Source: Squalus acanthias
Taxonomy: Eukaryota
NCBI GenBank assembly: GCA_030390025.1
Contig: JASTWF010000363.1
Coordinates: forward strand, 248,001-312,000
Length of the DNA stretch: 64,000 nt
Direction: 5' to 3'
Shown here: piece after piece, positions 1 to 12,248 of the stretch
Numbering within the stretch: the first letter of the stretch is position 1
Layout of the letters: the number at the start of each line of letters is the position of its first letter
Notes under the pieces: generated by a model
The model's input: only the letters and a program-made list of their open reading frames with translations
Database searches by the model: none
What the model was told of the DNA's origin: nothing
Made by a program: the position numbers and the translations under genes

Positions 1-950
1 TCTTAAAATGCATTCAGGAGAACCTTTTTAGCCAGTAGGTAGCAAGCCCAACAAGAGAGGGGCAGTTCTGGACTTAATTTTAGGGAATGAAGCTGGGTAG
101 GTGAAAGGGGTAACAGTGGGAGAACATTTTGGTGGTAGCGATCATAATTCAGTTAGATTTAGCGTAGTTATAGAAAAGGACAAAGATAGACCAGGAGTAA
201 AAGTTCTCAATTGGGGAAAGGCCAATTTTAAGCTGAGATGCGATTTAGCAAAAGTGGACTGGAAACCGCTACTTTAAGGTAAATCAGTGTCAGAGCAGTG
301 GGAAGCATTCAAGGAGGAGATAGTGAAGGTTCAGAGCAAATATGTTCCCACAAAGAAAAAGGGTGGGACTCCCAAATCTAGAGCCCCCTGGATGTCAAGG
401 AGCATACAGGGTAGGATAAGGAAAAAAAGGAAAGGTTTGTTAGATACCGAGAGCTCAATACTGCAGAAAGCCTAGAGGAGTAATAGAAAGTGCAGGGGTG
501 AAATTAAAAAGGAAATTAGGAAAGCAAAGAGAGGGCATGAAAAAATATTGGCACGTAAAATCAAGGAAAATCCAAAGATGTTTTATAAATACATAAAGAG
601 CAAGAGGATAACTAAGGAAGGAGTAGGGCCTATTAGAGACCAATAAGGTAACCTGTGTGTGGAAGCGGAAGACGTGGGGTATGATTCTTAATGAATACTT
701 TGCGCCTGTCCTCACAAAAGAGGGGGATGATGCAGACATTGTGGTTAAGGAGGAGGAGTGTGAAATATTAGATGAGATAAACATAGAGAGGAAATATTAA
801 GGGGTTTAGCATCTTTGAAAGTAGATAAATTGCCAGGCCCGGATGAAATGTATCCCAGGCTGTTAAGGGAAGCAAGGGAGGAAATAGCAGAGGCTCTGAC
901 CATCATTTTCCAATTCTCTCTGGCTACAGGCGTAGTGCAGGAGGACTGAG
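1..950 (+). mobile_element. CR1-clade LINE ORF2 fragment (end of endonuclease, tether, start of RT), frameshifted
   Basis: Translated pieces (EQWEAFKEEIVKVQSKYVP, APWM, KLPGPDEMYPRLLRE) are colinear with the intact CR1 ORF2 at 32293-35160. Confidence 0.9.
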
Positions 951-954
951 AATT

Positions 955-1485
955 ACACAGTGAATTACACAGTATTTACAGCACAGAAACAGTTCATTCG
1001 GCCCAACTGCTCTGTGCTGGTGTTTATGCTCCACACGAGCCTCCTCCCACCCTACCAACATATCCTTCTATTCCTTTCTCCCTCTTGCTTATCTAGCTTC
1101 CCCTTAAATCCATCTATGCTATTCGCCTCAACCACTCCCTGTGGTAGCGAGTTCCACATTCTCACCACTTTCTGGATAAAGAAGTTTCTTCTGAATTCCC
1201 TGTTGGATTTATTAGTAACTATCTTATATTTATGTTTTGGTCTCCCCCACAAGTGGAAACATCTTCTCTACGTCTACCCGATCAAACCCTTTCATAATCT
1301 TAAAGACCTCTATCAGGTCACCCCTCAGTCTTCTCCTTTCTGGAGAAAAAGAGCCCCAGCCTGTTCAGTCTTTCCTGATAGTTATAACCTCAATTCTGGT
1401 ATCATCCTTGTAAATCTTGTTTTCCACCTTCCCCAGTGCCTCTATATCCTGGTTATAATATGGAGACCAGAACTGTGCACCTGCA
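955..1485 (-). mobile_element. CR1 3' end fragment
   Basis: Minus ORF 1052-1252 has the CR1 C-terminal motif RNFFIQKVVRMWNSLP, followed by a CR1-like 3' UTR. Confidence 0.85.
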
Positions 1486-1539
1486 GGATGGCCATTGCCC
1501 ACAGCTTTCTCCGATATAGATTATAACACACAGGCATCA

Positions 1540-1870
1540 AAACATCATTCAGCAGCTGCCAAATCCCACAAACAGCGAATGTACTGAATGGCCCAATAAT
1601 CGGCTTTTGGTCCAGGCAGGAATGTTGGCCCCAGGACGCTGGGAGAACTCCCTGCTTATCCAACAGAGATCTTTGAGATCCACCCCAATCACCAGGACAG
1701 GCAGACAGGGCCTCGGTTTAACATCTCAACTGAAATACGTGGCACCTCTAACAGTGCAGCGCTCCCGCAGTAGATTATGAGCTCTAGTCTTGGAAATGGG
1801 GCTCGAAGCCACAACCTTCTGACTTGGGAGTTGAGAGCACTATCAAATGAGTGAAGCTGACACGTTAAGC
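1540..1870 (-). mobile_element. Deu-domain SINE (SacSINE1/AmnSINE1-like)
   Basis: Reverse complement contains GCTGCACTGTTAGAGGTGCC...GAGATGTTAAACCGAGGCCCTGTCTGCC, which matches the Deu-SINE core as I recall it; tRNA-like head near 1800-1860. Confidence 0.7.
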
Positions 1871-2847
1871 AACGCGATACTACCCCTGTACTGAGCTTTA
1901 TGTAAATTCTTGCCGAATAAAATAAGCAACTGCCCTGAAGCAGAAAACATCTAAGCGCACTTTGTGCCGCGACACTTCAAACTCTCTCCTGCAGCGCTCC
2001 CCGGTGGCCTGTGATGTGGTTCTGAGCTGCGGAGACGGGAACATCCCACGTTCAGCCTCCGGTCTGCGCGGAGGTTACTGATCTCAGTTGAGCCTTTGCA
2101 TTCCCCAGACTGGGAGCCAGGAGTGTCGCTCCCGGTCGCTACTCAGGGACTGCTACTGGAAAGTGCCGGCGAGGGCAAATCGGGCTCGGCTGTGAAGCTC
2201 CTCGTGGTCGAATAGCCCACTGTCTGGGGGCTCATTTTAGGCACCTTTTCTTTGAGAGGAATCGGAGGAGGAAGGGTACAGCTCAGGAAACTGCTTTCTT
2301 CCCTCTCACTGTAGTGAGTACTAAGTGCAAATCTCAGTTCCACGTTTAAACAGCCAGGCATCAGTGCATCATCACCACACCCCAGCTTAAAGCAAAGCGC
2401 CTCTGTTCGCCGTGATAAACTTGCCCATTAATCAAACCAGTTCCACCTGCCCACCTGTAGACTGTTAGCGAGTTTCGCCAGCTCCCTCACAAACTAACCC
2501 CACCCCCACGAACCACCGCTAACAGGTGTGGCATCACCCAGCGCACAGCCCGTGCACCCTCAGATTCCCGGGAGCAGAGCTCGCCCGCTCCGGTTCACGA
2601 ATCCACCCACGGTGCCCGGCCATTACTGAGCCGCGCACACTGGCAGATTCTGGATTCCACTGACTGCCCGTAGGGCTACTAGTTGGTCCCGGCCAGGGGG
2701 CGAGGGAACCACCAAGATTAGCCTCGGCATCACTGGACCAGGGATGAGTTTAAAAAGGATCAGAGGGACCCCGCTCCCAACTATCCATTAAACACCCCCT
2801 CGCTGGAAAGGGGATGAGGACGGTCCCAGCTGTGTCGCCGCCCACAG

Positions 2848-3250
2848 TCATAAGAACATAAGAACTAGGAGCAGGAGTACGCCATTCAGCCCTTCGAGCC
2901 TGCTCCACTATTCAATACGATCATGGCTGATCTTCGACCTTAACTCCATTTTCCCGCACTAGCTCCATATCCCTTCATTCCCTTAGAGTTCAAAAATCTA
3001 TTGCTCTCAGCCTTGAATATACTCAACAACTGAGTCTCCACAGCCCTCTGGGGCAGATAATTCCAAAGATTCACAACCCTTTGAGTGAAGAAATTCCTCC
3101 TCATCGCAGTCCTAAATGGCCGACCCTTATTCTGAAACTGTGGCCCCTGGTTCTTGACCCTCCAGCCAGGGGAAACATCCTCCCTACATCTACCCTGTCA
3201 AGCCCTGTAAGAATTTTATATGTTTCACCTCTCATTCGTCTAAACTCTAG
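2848..3250 (-). mobile_element. CR1 3' end fragment
   Basis: (CATAAGAA)n tail, GGAGCAGGAGTA...GCCATTCAGCCC 3' UTR and the end of ORF2. Confidence 0.9.
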
Positions 3251-3829
3251 TCAAATAGCACATTCAACTCATGCATGAAGAATGGCCACTTGGCTGAGGT
3301 ATCCGAAGGGCTGACCCCAGCAAGGACCATCTCCTTCTGGATGGGGGGGTAGAATACTGGGAGGTGAGGAAACGAACCCCAACATTCCCCCAATGTCCAT
3401 CCATCTTGTGGTGGAACCTGCAGCTACAGACTCGCCACAGCAGTGCAGCTGAGCAGGTGGATTCTCACCCTCTCCCGGGCATCTCACCAAATCGAACTAC
3501 CTCCAGGCTTGTGCAAAGATTGGCCAAGGCCCCTGGGCGGCCTCATAGCAAAAGGCAGATGCATCTGGTGGCAGCGAATAGGTTAAGGCGTGCAATGCCA
3601 AAAGCAAAAAAAAACCCTGAACTTCGTGGTAACGTCCCAGAAACAATTGAAGTTCCACAGACAGGGTGTTAAAGTCAGACCAGGCTCCTTTGTGAGGAGA
3701 TTTCGAGCTGCATCGCCAAGTCTGTTTTCTCACAGTCAGAACAAAAGCAGGTTGGAACAATCAACAAGTAACTCCTCCTCTGCCACAGCCTCCCCATCAC
3801 AAGCTCCAGTCACAGGCAGGCTCAGAAGA

Positions 3830-4290
3830 CAATTACACAGCAGGAAGGCCATTCAGCCCATCTACCCAGAGAGACCCCACAGCCTCCGCCCCATTGGTTC
3901 TTCAATGATTCCAGGCTCTACTATTCTTATCCGGGGTCCATTCCAAGTGATCATTGAGTGCTAAAGAACTTGTCTGATGTCAGTCCTAAATTTATCGTTC
4001 ACAGGTTTGAACCCTTGTCCTCTTTACCCTACTCTCACAATTTAATTTAAAGTAATATTCGAGATTAACCGTTCCCACTCCCTGAGCTATCCTGTGCACC
4101 ACTCACATGCCTCCTTTCCAGTCTTTCTACATAACTCAAGACCTCCTCCGACATTGAGTTCAGCCTCGTCATGGCCCCTCTCTGCGCTGCTTCCAGCAGT
4201 CGAATGTCACCCTGGTGTCTTGGCGACCAAGGCTGGACCCAGTACTCGGGGTGAGGTCTGAACATAACACTATACACTTTGATCAAGACT
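3830..4290 (-). mobile_element. Old degenerate CR1 3' fragment
   Basis: Minus ORF 4065-4358 has RPHPEYWVQPWSP, a decayed form of RPHLEYCVQFWSP. Confidence 0.75.
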
Positions 4291-4539
4291 TCCTCCGACT
4301 TATCTGCTATTGTTTTGGATTTGTGGCAGGTATAACAAGCGATCACATTCGCCCGCAAGCCTCATTCCCTTTACCTCGGGTGTTGACTGTTTGCTGTGCC
4401 ACATTGCCACCCCCTACACTACCACTCTAAGCACTGGGGGGGGACATCTCAGCCAAGCTTGGTGTTGTACCTAATTGGCACACAACTTCCAGCAGGGGTC
4501 AGGGGACAGCGACCAGGAGCAGGAAGTCTGGACACCAAG

Positions 4540-6240
4540 TGCTGAATTTTGCTGCCGCTCAGAGTGCGGGTTTGGAGGTGGGTCCACTGGCAAAATCGAA
4601 ATGATTAACAGTGGGTTGGGAGCCCACTCCGAATCCGCCTCCATGTAAGTTTCCAAAGTGTTGGGTCTGCGATTTCAGAACAGATCCGACACCAAGTGGC
4701 TGGGGAGGCATTTAGGATCGTTAAATGCTTGTTAACTACTATTTTGCCAGCCTATTTCTATTTTACCACTTTTTTTTACGAGGTTCACATCGTTTGGAGA
4801 TCACATCAGGTAAGTAGGTTGTTTCTCTATGTCTCCTCATTGCTGTGAATAGGTGACAGCTGCAAAAGTGGTATAAAAGTTACCATTTCACAGCTGGTCA
4901 CTTTCCAATGTCAGAAGCTTGAGCCTTCAGGACTTGGAAGACACTTTTGAGTTGTATGCAGTTTCAAAGTGTTTGGAGTAAACTCTCTATCCACTGTCAC
5001 CTCCTTGGAGCAAGCTCTCTCACCATTGACAGATCACTTCTGTCATCTCAACTTCAGCTGCCCTTGAAAAAATGTCACCTTGGTCCTCTGAATCCCTCCA
5101 CGATCAGCCCCAACAACATCATCACCAGGCACACCAACAACAACACCAACCTTCTCCGCAATCACCTGATGCTGCACAGGACACAGGGCATCAGCGCCCG
5201 ACAACATTGCTGCCCGGGAGGCCAGCAATGGCATCACCATGGCCAGATTTATTTCACTTAACGCTGTACATCCTGGCTGCCACATGAACCATCAGGTTGA
5301 CACCACCCCACACCAGCACCATAAAGCATCCCTACAATGTCCAAGCCATTCCTTTCACACTCATTACATTTGTGGGGGAGGGGGGTGGTTATGTCTCAAA
5401 ATTCACTGAAACTCACTAAGACACTTCCAAAGGTGAGCACAGATCTGTCCAATAAGGCAAAGTGTAGAAAATAAAGATTTCAATGTTTGACAACACATTA
5501 ACAGAAAATTTACATGAACATTGTATAAAACACCCAAGTGCCTACCCTTGTGTGTTGTTAGTTGGTATGATTGCACTAGGATGAGGGTGAGTGTGAGGGG
5601 TGGCTAATGAGATGGGAAAGTGATAATGTAGATAGAGAGGGATGGGTGGATGTGCAAGGTATGTTGGTGTGAGTAAGGATGTGCAGGAGTAGGGTAGGGA
5701 AGGCAGAGTGATGGGGATGTGATGAGTGGCACAGCAGGATGAGGTTGAGTGTGGCTTTGCAGTAACGTTTTGTGATCTACTGAGATCATTGAAAAGGTTT
5801 GCGCCACTGTAGCCAGGTACTCCTGACGACATCCCTGCTTTTGCCCTCCTGTGCAATGTGCAACCAGGCTGCGTTGGTGTCCTGGGGAGGTCTCTTCCAC
5901 CCTTGGAAGGGAAGAGAACCTCCCTGCGTGCTGTAACTCCCTCCATAAGCATATGGAGGGAGTCATGCGAGAGCCTGGGTGCAACCGTTCACCTTTGTGC
6001 AGTGACTGTCAGTGTTTGCAGCACCTCAATGCTGTAGAGCACTGACAGCAGAACTGTCAAAATGAATGTGGACATGGCCCCTTTAAGGAAACCGGCTGAT
6101 GACGCGTCATCAAATGATGTCATGAGACCCGCTTCCGTTTAATTGGCCGGGAACCTCGCAGGGCGGGCTTAACAAGCCCTATTAACGTAAAATCACTGGG
6201 ATAGGCGAGCTGGAACCTCGACCCGGACAATCGCGGCCCA
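4540..6240. mobile_element. Decayed PIF/Harbinger element with a Myb/SANT-like gene remnant on the - strand (~5540-5990)
   Basis: Minus translation LMEGVTARREVLFP...FNDLSRS resembles the Harbinger Myb-like DNA-binding protein; GC-rich terminal segments. Boundaries approximate. Confidence 0.65.
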
Positions 6241-6944
6241 GGAGTACCAGAAATTGGTTTTAGCTCTCATTAGGGACAGCGCACCCAGGTAAAGAGCGGC
6301 AAACGATCCGGTTTTCCAGCTCGGCGACGTGGAGGAGCAATGTTAGATAGTTTGGTCCAGACACTAAATCTGCACTCAGGAAGCCCCAGAGTTTGTGCCA
6401 AATGTTAAACCACACCTAGACTGCCCCAAAACAGAGCGTCCCCAGCTCCAAATCAAACCGAGTACACGTTGCAGTGAGAGGCGAGCAGGAGGAGAACAAC
6501 CTCGGCAGGACACCGGCTAGCCAAAGGCCTCCCGAGGTAGAGCAGTCCCAACTCAACTGGTCCGCAGGAAATCCTGACTTCACCCGATACGGGAGTGCAG
6601 TTACCGCTGACAGCACGCAGGGCATGCTGCTCCTGGGCTAGTTACTGGGACGGTGCTTTCTTGTGTAAATAGCTGGTTCAGCTGCCGCGGACCGTCGGTG
6701 ACTGGGGTGCGATTTTGGAGTACATTCCCCAATTTTAAAATGCTGGGGGGACTATCGAAATTTTAGAGACTACTTTTTCACACGGATTTGGGGATTAAAG
6801 GATATAATGGCACGTTAATTTCTTTTCTCACACTTGTCGGTCAGAGGGAGTAACAGCTGATCGTATTTTGATAGCAAACAGTTTAAGGCTTAAACATCCT
6901 GGGGCCATGCAATCGCTTGGGCACAGCGAATACAGGAGAATCGG

Positions 6945-7550
6945 GAGGGAGGAGGGGGGAGGAGAGGAGGGGGGAGGAGGGGGGTGGGGGAGGAGGGGGA
7001 GGGGGGTGGGGGAGGAGGGAGGAGGGGGGTGGGGGAGGAGGGGGAGGGGGGAGGAGGGGNNNNNNNNNNNNNNNNNNNNNNNNNNNNNNNNNNNNNNNNN
7101 NNNNNNNNNNNNNNNNNNNNNNNNNNNNNNNNNNNNNNNNNNNNNNNNNNNNNNNNNNNNNNNNNNNNNNNNNNNNNNNNNNNNNNNNNNNNNNNNNNNN
7201 NNNNNNNNNNNNNNNNNNNNNNNNNNNNNNNNNNNNNNNNNNNNNNNNNNNNNNNNNNNNNNNNNNNNNNNNNNNNNNNNNNNNNNNNNNNNNNNNNNNN
7301 NNNNNNNNNNNNNNNNNNNNNNNNNNNNNNNNNNNNNNNNNNNNNNNNNNNNNNNNNNNNNNNNNNNNNNNNNNNNNNNNNNNNNNNNNNNNNNNNNNNN
7401 NNNNNNNNNNNNNNNNNNNNNNNNNNNNNNNNNNNNNNNNNNNNNNNNNNNNNNNNNNNNNNNNNNNNNNNNNNNNNNNNNNNNNNNNNNNNNNNNNNNA
7501 GGAGGGGGGGGAGGGAGGAGAGGAGGCGGGGGGGAGGGAAGGGGGGGAGA
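6945..7550. repeat. GA-rich low-complexity tract with an assembly gap (N at 7060-7499)
   Basis: GGAGGGG-type repeats on both sides of 440 N. Confidence 0.95.
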
Positions 7551-7639
7551 ATGTCTCCGTAGAGCGTTGGGTGAAAGGAGTGGTGAGCACATCAATGGAG
7601 ATACCTCCACCACCAATCCCAGACTAGAAACAACTTCAC

Positions 7640-7955
7640 ACACAACTACTTTCAAGTGCAGATACTGTTGATGTGTCGGCAAAGACAGTGGGCATTTTGC
7701 ACACAGCAAGATCCCACAAACAGGAACTAGGATGAAAGGCCAGTTAATTGGTTTTGGATAGCGTTGATTGAGGGAGGTATGCTCGCCAAGACACCAGGAG
7801 AACACTTTTCTCCTCTTCAAATAGGCATCTTGAACATTAACAGGCAGACAAGGCTTTGCTTTAACATCTCACCTGAAAGACCAACACCCCTGACAATGCA
7901 GCACTCCTCCGGCACCGCACCGGAGCCCTAGTCAACAATATGTACTCAAGTCCTG
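7640..7955 (-). mobile_element. Deu-domain SINE
   Basis: Same core as 1540-1870 (TTTAACATCTCACCTGAAAGAC...CAATGCAGCACTCC on the + strand). Confidence 0.65.
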
Positions 7956-7959
7956 GAAG

Positions 7960-8435
7960 GGGAGGACTGCTAACGTTGTACCGTTGTTTAAGAAGGGAGA
8001 AAGGGATAGACTGAGTAATTACAGGCCAGTCAGTCTAACCTCGGTGGTGGGCAAATTATTGTGAAAAATTCTGATTAATCGTCATTTAGAAAGGCACGGA
8101 TTAATCAAGGAAAGTCAGCATAGATGTGTTACGGGAAGGTCGTTTCTGACTAACTTGATTGAATTTTTTGAGGGGTTAACAACAACGCTCGATGAGGGTA
8201 GCGCATTTTATGTAGTCTACATGGATTTTAGCTAAGCTTTTGACAAGGTCCCACATGCAGACTGGTCAGAAAAGTAAAAGCTCGGGATCCAAGGGAAAGT
8301 GGCAAGTTGGATCAAAAATTGGCCCAGTGGCAGGAAGCAAAGGGTAATGGGCGATGAGTGTTTTTGTGACTGGAAGGCTGTTTCTAGTAGGGTTCTGCAG
8401 GGCTCAGTACTCGGTCCCTTGCTTTTTGTGGTATA
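7960..8435 (+). mobile_element. CR1 RT fragment
   Basis: NVVPLFKKG, NYRPVSLTSVVGK, AFDKVPH and QGSVLGP motifs. Confidence 0.85.
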
Positions 8436-9541
8436 GACAATTTCTAAAGAGGGAATACTTGAACTTTGGAGGGCTGCGCCATATGACCAATAACCAAACA
8501 TCAGGACAAAACCTTTTGTCTTATTTCTATGTTCAGTCCTATCTATATGTACAAATCTGTTTCTTTCTAGTTTTCAGTATGTTAACACAAAATTACAGAT
8601 CAGTTCTCAATGTTCAGGGATATATTCCTAAACATCCAAGAATAAGCCAGATTTCAGTAAAATATTAAGAATCAAAGCATCCCAAAAGTTGTATTAATTC
8701 AAGAGCCTGATTCCACCATGTGTTAGTGCAATCATATTTTATTTTAGTTAGTGAGAATACAACTGAGCATATTCATATTACTATGAGTAGTGGTGTTTCA
8801 TTATTTATGATTAGAAATTATTTAATTTTGCTGCTTCTTGTAGCTGGGATTATTGACATTTCTGGAAAATAACAGCCTTTAATCCAAAAATTTAATGACT
8901 GGAATTTTGTTGTCAAATTCAACACAACAAAAAAACTGCCTGTGGCTGTAGTGAAAATATCTTCACTAGTACACCTAATAATCATAGAATCTTACAGCGC
9001 AGAAGGATGCCTGTCATGCCTGTGCCGGCTCTTCGAAAAAGCTGTCCCATTTAGTCCCACACCCCATTTTTTCCCCTATAACCCTGCTAATTAGACCTCT
9101 TTAAGAACATGTCCAGTTGCCTTTTGAAAGTTCCTATGAAATCTGCTTCCACCACCCTTTCATGTAGTGTGTTCCAGATCTTAACCTCTGTGTGAAACAA
9201 TTTCTCGTAATTTCCCCTCTAGTTCTTTTGCCAATTATTTTAATCTGACCTCTGGTTACCGACCCACTTGCCAGAGGAAACAGTTTCTCCCTACTTGCTC
9301 TATCAAAATCCTTCATTTTTGAATACCTCTATTAGGTCACCACTTAACCTTCTCTGTTCTAAGGAGAACAATCCCAGCTTCTCCACATAACCAAAGTCCC
9401 TCATCCCTAGTATCATCCCAGTAAACCTCCGCTGTACCTTTTCCAAGGCCTTGACATCCTTCCTAAAGTGTGATGCCCAGAATTGTATATAATATTCCAG
9501 CTGAGGCCTAACCAGTGATTTGTAAAGCTTTAGCATGACTT

Positions 9542-12248
9542 AAAAACAGAAAATGCTGGAAATACTCAGAAGGTCAGGCTGCATCTGTAGAGAGAGAAAC
9601 AGAGTTAACGTTTCAGGTCGATGACCCTTCATCAGAACTGGAAAAAGTTAGAGATGGAACAGATTTTTAAGCAAGTGTAGGAGCAGGGAAAGGGAGGAGG
9701 GGAGGAAAGAACAAAAGGGAAGGTCTGTGATAGGATGGAAGGCAGGAGAGATTAAAAGACAAAAGGGATGATGGTGCAAGACAAAATGGGACAAGTTAAG
9801 AAACAAAAGATGACTCTAGATGAGGTGTAAATGGCAATGGCAGAATCATCAACAGCTGCCATGTGAGAGAGGGAAAAAAAATAGGGGGTGTGGTTATGGT
9901 CTGAAATTGTTGAACTCGATGTTGAGTCCAGAAGGCTGTAAAGTGCCTAATCGAAAGATGAGGTGCTGTTCCTCGAGCCTCGTTGGAACAGTGTAAGAGG
10001 CCGAGGACGGAGAGATGAGAGTGGGAGTGGAGCGGAGAATTAAAGTGACAGGCGACCAGAAGCTCGGGGTTACGCTTACGGACTGAACGGAGGTGTTCCG
10101 CAAAGTGGTCACCCAATCTGCGTTTGGTTTCCCCAATGTAGAGGAGACCGCATCATGAGCAGCGAATACAGTATACTAAATTGCAAGAAGTACAAGTAAA
10201 TCGCTGTTTCGCCTGGAAGGAGTGTTTGGGGCCCTGGACAGTGGGAAGGGAGGAGGTAAAAGGGCAGGTGTTGCATCTCCTGCGCTTGCACGGGAAGGTG
10301 CCGGGGGGAGGGGAAGGGGTGTTGGGGGTGGGATCACGCTGGAGGTGACGGAAATGGCGGAGAATGATCCATTGAATGTGGAGGCTGATGGGGTAAAAGG
10401 TGAGGACAAGGGGAACCCTATCGTGGTTCTGGGAGAGAGGGGAAGGGGTGAGAGCAGAAGTGCGGGGAATAGAATGGACATGGTCAAGGGCCATGTCAAC
10501 CACAGTAGAGGGGAATCCTCGGTTGAGGAAAAAGGAAGACATATCGGAAGCACTAGTATGGAAGGTGGCATCGTCAGAGCAGATGCGGTGGAGACAGAGA
10601 AACTGGGAGAATGGAATAGAGTCCTTACAGGAAGCGGGGTGGGAGGAAGTGTAATCCAGGTAATTGTGGGAGTCAGTGGGCTTATAGTGAATGTTTGTCA
10701 ATAGCCTATCCCCAGAAATGGAGACAGAGAAGTCGAGGAAGGGAAGAGTTGGAGACGGACCATGTGAAGGGTGGAAATTGGAAGCAAAGTGAATGAAATT
10801 TTCTAGTTCAGGGCGAGAGCAGGAAATGGCACCGATACAGTCATCAATGTATCAGAAAAAGAGGTGAGGGAGGGGACCTGAGTAGGACTGGAACAAAGAA
10901 TGTTCCATATATCCCACGAAAAGGCAGGCATAGCTAGGACCCATGTAGGTTCCCATAGCAACACCTTTAATTTGGAGGAAGTGAGTGCAAAGGAGAAGTT
11001 GTTCAATGTGAGAACAAGTTCAGCCAGGCGGAGGAGGGTGGTGGTGGATGGGGACTGGTTGGGCCTCTGTTCAAGGAAGAAGCGGAGCGCCCTCAGGCCA
11101 TCCTGGTGGGGGATGGAGGTGTAGAGGGATTGGACGTCCATAGTGAAAAGGAGACAGTTGGGGCCAGGAACTGGAAACTGTTAAAGTGGCGGAGGGCGTT
11201 GGAAGAGTCACGGATGTAGGTGGGAAGAGACTGGACAAGGAGAAAAAATGGAGTAGAGATAGGAAGAGATAATTTCCGTGGGGCAAGAACAGGCTGAAAC
11301 GATGGGTCTACCAGGGCAGTCCTGTTTGTGGATCTTGGGAAGGAGGTAGAAGCGGGCTGTGCGGGGTTGGGGAACTATGAGGTTGGCGGCCGTGGAGGGA
11401 AGATCTCCAGAGGAGATGAGGTCAGTGACAGTCTTGGAAACGATGGCTTGATGTTTGGTAGTGGGGTCATGGTCCATGGGGAGGTAGGTGGAGGTGTCAG
11501 AGAGTTGGCGTTCAGCGTCCGCTAGGTAGAAGGGTCCTGGTAGAACGAGAATTCTGAAAACGGGAGAGGGTCAGCTCTGCGGGAGGAAGACTCCTGGCCA
11601 AAGAAGTGGGCATGAAGATGAAGGCGACGGAAAAGGAGCTCAGCGTTGTGCTGAGCTCGAAATTCATTGAGGTGGGGCATAAGGGGAGGAACCTCAGGCC
11701 TTTGCTGAGGACTGATTGTTCGGGGTCAGAGGGGATAGTGAAAACACGGCAGGGGGTGAGATTGGAAGAAGGGATGGGGTCAGAGGAAAGTGAAGGGGTA
11801 GAAGGTTCCAGAGGGGCGTTGGTGTCCAAGAGTTGTTGAAGCTTACGATCCTTGACACCTGAAAGGAAGAAAAAAAGTTTTGTTAAAGCGCCGGATGAGG
11901 TGAAGGATGAAATGGAACTGCGGACCAGGACAGCTTTGAGATAGTGAGTCAGTGCTGAGGAGAGAGGTTGAGAGTGTGCATGTGGCGACGAATGGCATTC
12001 AGCGTGGATCTCAGGATGTGGTGAGAGCAGTGGTTCGAGGAACACTGAATATCTCGGAGATATCTGTAATCCTGGGTGGATCCAAAACATGAAGGGTGGA
12101 ATTTCAGTTGAAATCCATGTGGAATAAGTCGGAGTCGGAGACAGTTGCTGAGGAAAGAGATGTGGCTGTGAAAGCGTGTTTTGGTAGATACCTGATCAAA
12201 CACGAGATGGGAAACAGAAAGCAATGAAGATAAACAAGGATGACTGCC
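9542..12248 (-). mobile_element. Penelope-like retroelement (RT plus GIY-YIG endonuclease, frameshifted) with terminal repeat
   Basis: ORF pieces FYLLPKIHK..PGRPIVS, MDVQSLYTSIPH, YKPTDSHNYLDY..HP, FTCTSCNLVYCIRC and DHFAEHLRSV..VACHFN; 12-bp TSD TTAGCATGACTT at 9530-9541 and 12249-12260. Confidence 0.92.
9603..9639 (-). ncRNA. Minimal type I hammerhead ribozyme motif in the Penelope terminal repeat
   Basis: Minus strand AGUU-CUGAUGA-A-GGGUC-AUC-GACCU-GAAA-CG-UU-AACU: intact core, stem I AGUU/AACU, stem II GGGUC/GACCU, palindromic AACGUU stem III. Confidence 0.8.

Noticed and set aside
6375..6405. QEAPEFVP, resembling a PAM2 motif
   Set aside because: Preceded by an in-frame stop, 33 kb upstream of MKRN1 exon 1, with only a weak acceptor and no supporting gene context.
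6828..7820. Long ORFs of 190-330 aa
   Set aside because: Artefacts of the N gap and GA-rich low-complexity flanks.
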